Positions 61,601 through 64,000 of a stretch of DNA of 64,000 nt are shown here, in pieces (the stretch's first letter is position 1; every line of letters begins with the position of its first letter). The stretch is from NCBI RefSeq assembly GCF_009914755.1, contig NC_060947.1; one strand, written 5' to 3'. Under the pieces are notes generated by a model. It had not been told where the DNA came from. It did no database searches and saw only the letters and a list, made by a program, of their open reading frames with translations. Position numbers and translations under genes: made by a program. Source of the DNA: the human T2T-CHM13v2.0 reference genome, Homo sapiens.

Positions 61601-64000
61601 AGATTCTACAAAACGTGTGTTTGGAAACTGCTCCATCATAACGAATGTTCAGCTCCCTGAGTTAAACTCCATCGTCACAAAGAATTTTCTGAGAGTGCTA
61701 CCGTCTGGTTTTTATATGAAGTTCTTTCCTTCACTACCACAGGCCTCAAAGCGGTCCAAATCTCCACTTGCAGATTCTACAAAAAGAGTGTTTGCAAACT
61801 GCTCTATCAAAAGGAATGTTCAACTCTGGGAGTTGAATGCAATCATCACAGAGCAGTTTCTGAGAATGCTTCTATGTCGTTTTTAGGAGAAGATATTTCC
61901 TTTTCCAACACAGTCCTCCAAGCCCGCTAAATAGCCACTTGCACATTGTAGAAAAAGTGTGTCAAAGCTGCGCTATCAAAGGGAAAGTTCAACTCTGTGA
62001 GGTGAATGCAAACATCCCAAAGAAGTTTCTGAGAATGCTTCCGTTTAGCTTTTAGGTGAAGATTATCCCGTTTCCAACGAAATCTTCAAAGAGGTCCAAA
62101 TATCCCCTTGCGGATCCCACAGAAAGAGTGTTTCGAAACTGCTGTTTCAAAAGGAATCTTCAACTCTGTGAGTTGAATGCAATCATCACAAAGAAGTTTC
62201 TGACAATGCTTCTCTCTCGTCTTTCTGTGAAGATAAAGGAAAAGGCTTTCAGGCCTTTGCCACCACAGGCCTGAAAGCGCTCCAAATGTCCACTTGCAGA
62301 TTCTGCCAAAAGAATATTTCAAAACTGCTCTATGAAAAGCAATGTTAAACTCTGTGGCTCGAACACAAACATCACAAAGCGGTTTCTGAGAATGCTTCAG
62401 TTTAGTTTTTCTGTGGAAATATTCCCGTTTCCAAAGAAATCTTCAAAGAGGTCCACGTATCCACTTACAGATTCTACAAAAGGACAGTTTCAAAACTGCT
62501 CCATCAAAAGGAGGGTTCAACTGTGTGACTTGAATGCAATCATCACTCAGAAGTTTCTGAGAATGCTTCTCTTTAGTTTTTACGTGAACATATACCCGTT
62601 TCGAACGAAGGCCAGCCAGTGGTCCAAATATCCACTTGCAGATTATACAGAAAGAGTGTTTCGAACCTGAACTCTCAAAGGCAGGTTCATCTCTGCGAGT
62701 TAAATGCATTCATCATGAAGAACTTTCTCAGCGTGTTTGTGTTTAGTTATGGGAAATTATTCCCGTTTCCAACGAAATCCTCAGAGAGCTCCAAATATCC
62801 ACCTGCAGATTCTACCAAAAGTGTATTTGGAAACTGCTCCATCAAAAGGCATGTTCAGCTCTGTGAGTGAAACTCCATCATCACAAAGAATATTCTGAGA
62901 ATGCTTCCGTTTGCCTTTTATATGAAGTTCCTTCCTGTACTACCGTAGGCCTCAAAGCAGTCCAAATCTCCATTTGCAGATTCTATAAAAAGAGTGATTC
63001 CAATCTGCTCTATCAATAGGATTGTTCAACTCCATGAGTTGAATGCCATCCTCACAAAGTAGTTTCTGAGAATGCTTCTATCTGGTTTTTGTGTGAAGAT
63101 ATTTCCTTTTCCACCACAGGCCTCAAAGCCCTCCAAACGTCCACTTGCAGATTCTCGAAAAAGAGTGTTTCATAGCTGCTCTTTCAAAAGGAAAGTTCAA
63201 CTCTGGGAGTTGAATACAAACATCACAAAGTAGTTTCCGAGAATGCTTCTGTTTAGTTTTTATGTGAAGATGATCCCGTTTCCAGTGAAATCTTCAAAGA
63301 GGTCCACATATCCCCTTGCAGATTCCAAAGAAAGAGGGTTTCAAAACTGCTCCATCAGAAGGATTGTTCAACTCTGTGAGTTGAATGCAGTCATCGCAGA
63401 AAACTTTCTGAGAATGCTTCTGTCTAGGTTTGATGTGAAGATATAGACGTTTCAAACGAAGGCTACAAAGTGGTCAAAATATACACTTGCAGATTCTACT
63501 ACAAGGGTGTTGCAAACCTGAACTATCAAAGGAAGGTTCAACTCTGTGAGTTGAATACAAACATCACAAAGAATGTTCTGAGTTTGCTTCCGTTCAGTTA
63601 TGGGAAGTTGATCCCGTTTCCAACGAAATCCTCAGAGAGGTCCAAATATCCCCTCGCAGATTCTACAAAACGTGTGTTTGGAAACTGCTCCATCATAACG
63701 AATGTTCAGCTCCCTGAGTTAAACTCCATCGTCACAAAGAATTTTCTGAGAGTGCTACCGTCTGGTTTTTATATGAAGTTCTTTCCTTCACTACCACAGG
63801 CCTCAAAGCGGTCCAAATCTCCACTTGCAGATTCTACAAAAAGAGTGTTTGCAAACTGCTCTATCAAAAGGAATGTTCAACTCTGGGAGTTGAATGCAAT
63901 CATCACAGAGCAGTTTCTGAGAATGCTTCTATGTCGTTTTTAGGAGAAGATATTTCCTTTTCCAACACAGTCCTCCAAGCCCGCTAAATAGCCACTTGCA

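Larger units (their letters stand above)
1..64000 (-). repeat. DXZ1: Alpha-satellite higher-order repeat array, 12-mer ~2057-bp HOR, ~31 copies; most likely the human chrX centromeric array DXZ1
   Basis: Alphoid motifs (tttctgagaatgctt, ttcaactctgtgagttgaatgc, ccacttgcagattct) recur every ~171 bp. Near-identical ORFs recur at 354, 2412, 4470, 6523 ... 62056 with spacings of 2050-2058 bp (mostly 2057). There is one GGATCC per unit (410, 2468, 20973 ...). CENP-B boxes and the usual consensus read on the minus strand. The DXZ1 assignment rests on established knowledge of the 2.0-kb BamHI 12-mer. Confidence 0.96.

Noticed and set aside
1-64000. CRISPR-like or prokaryotic repeat-spacer system
   Set aside because: There are no unique spacers and no cas genes; the entire sequence is tandem alphoid DNA.
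1-64000. L1/Alu insertion, inversion, or structurally variant (non-12-mer) HOR
   Set aside because: All unit spacings fall between 2050 and 2058 bp and are explained by small indels. The orientation is constant and there is no poly-A tail or foreign sequence.
1-64000. Assigning this window to the kinetochore site (CENP-A domain / centromere dip region)
   Set aside because: That requires methylation or ChIP data and cannot be read from sequence.

Overview
The whole 64 kb window is one uninterrupted, single-orientation array of primate alpha-satellite DNA. It holds about 31 tandem copies of a ~2057-bp higher-order repeat (HOR) made of twelve ~171-bp monomers, with one BamHI site per unit. The unit size, the pentamer-derived (SF3, BBBAA) monomer order, the two 167-bp and one ~186-bp monomers, and the single BamHI site match the human X-centromere array DXZ1. 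I found no genes, RNA genes, transposon insertions, inversions or non-12-mer HORs. All listed ORFs are by-products of the repeat. I number units U1-U31 from the anchor at 354 (U1=354, U2=2412 ... U31=62056). The informative signal is in the rare variants, read by eye. They show nested duplications at offsets of 1, 2, 3, 4, 5 and 23 HORs, chimeric HOR units, block-specific indels and one disrupted CENP-B box. Every HOR also carries a fixed +15-bp insertion built from inverted copies of adjacent sequence, which gives two mutually exclusive hairpins. I see no evidence for a new protein-coding system.
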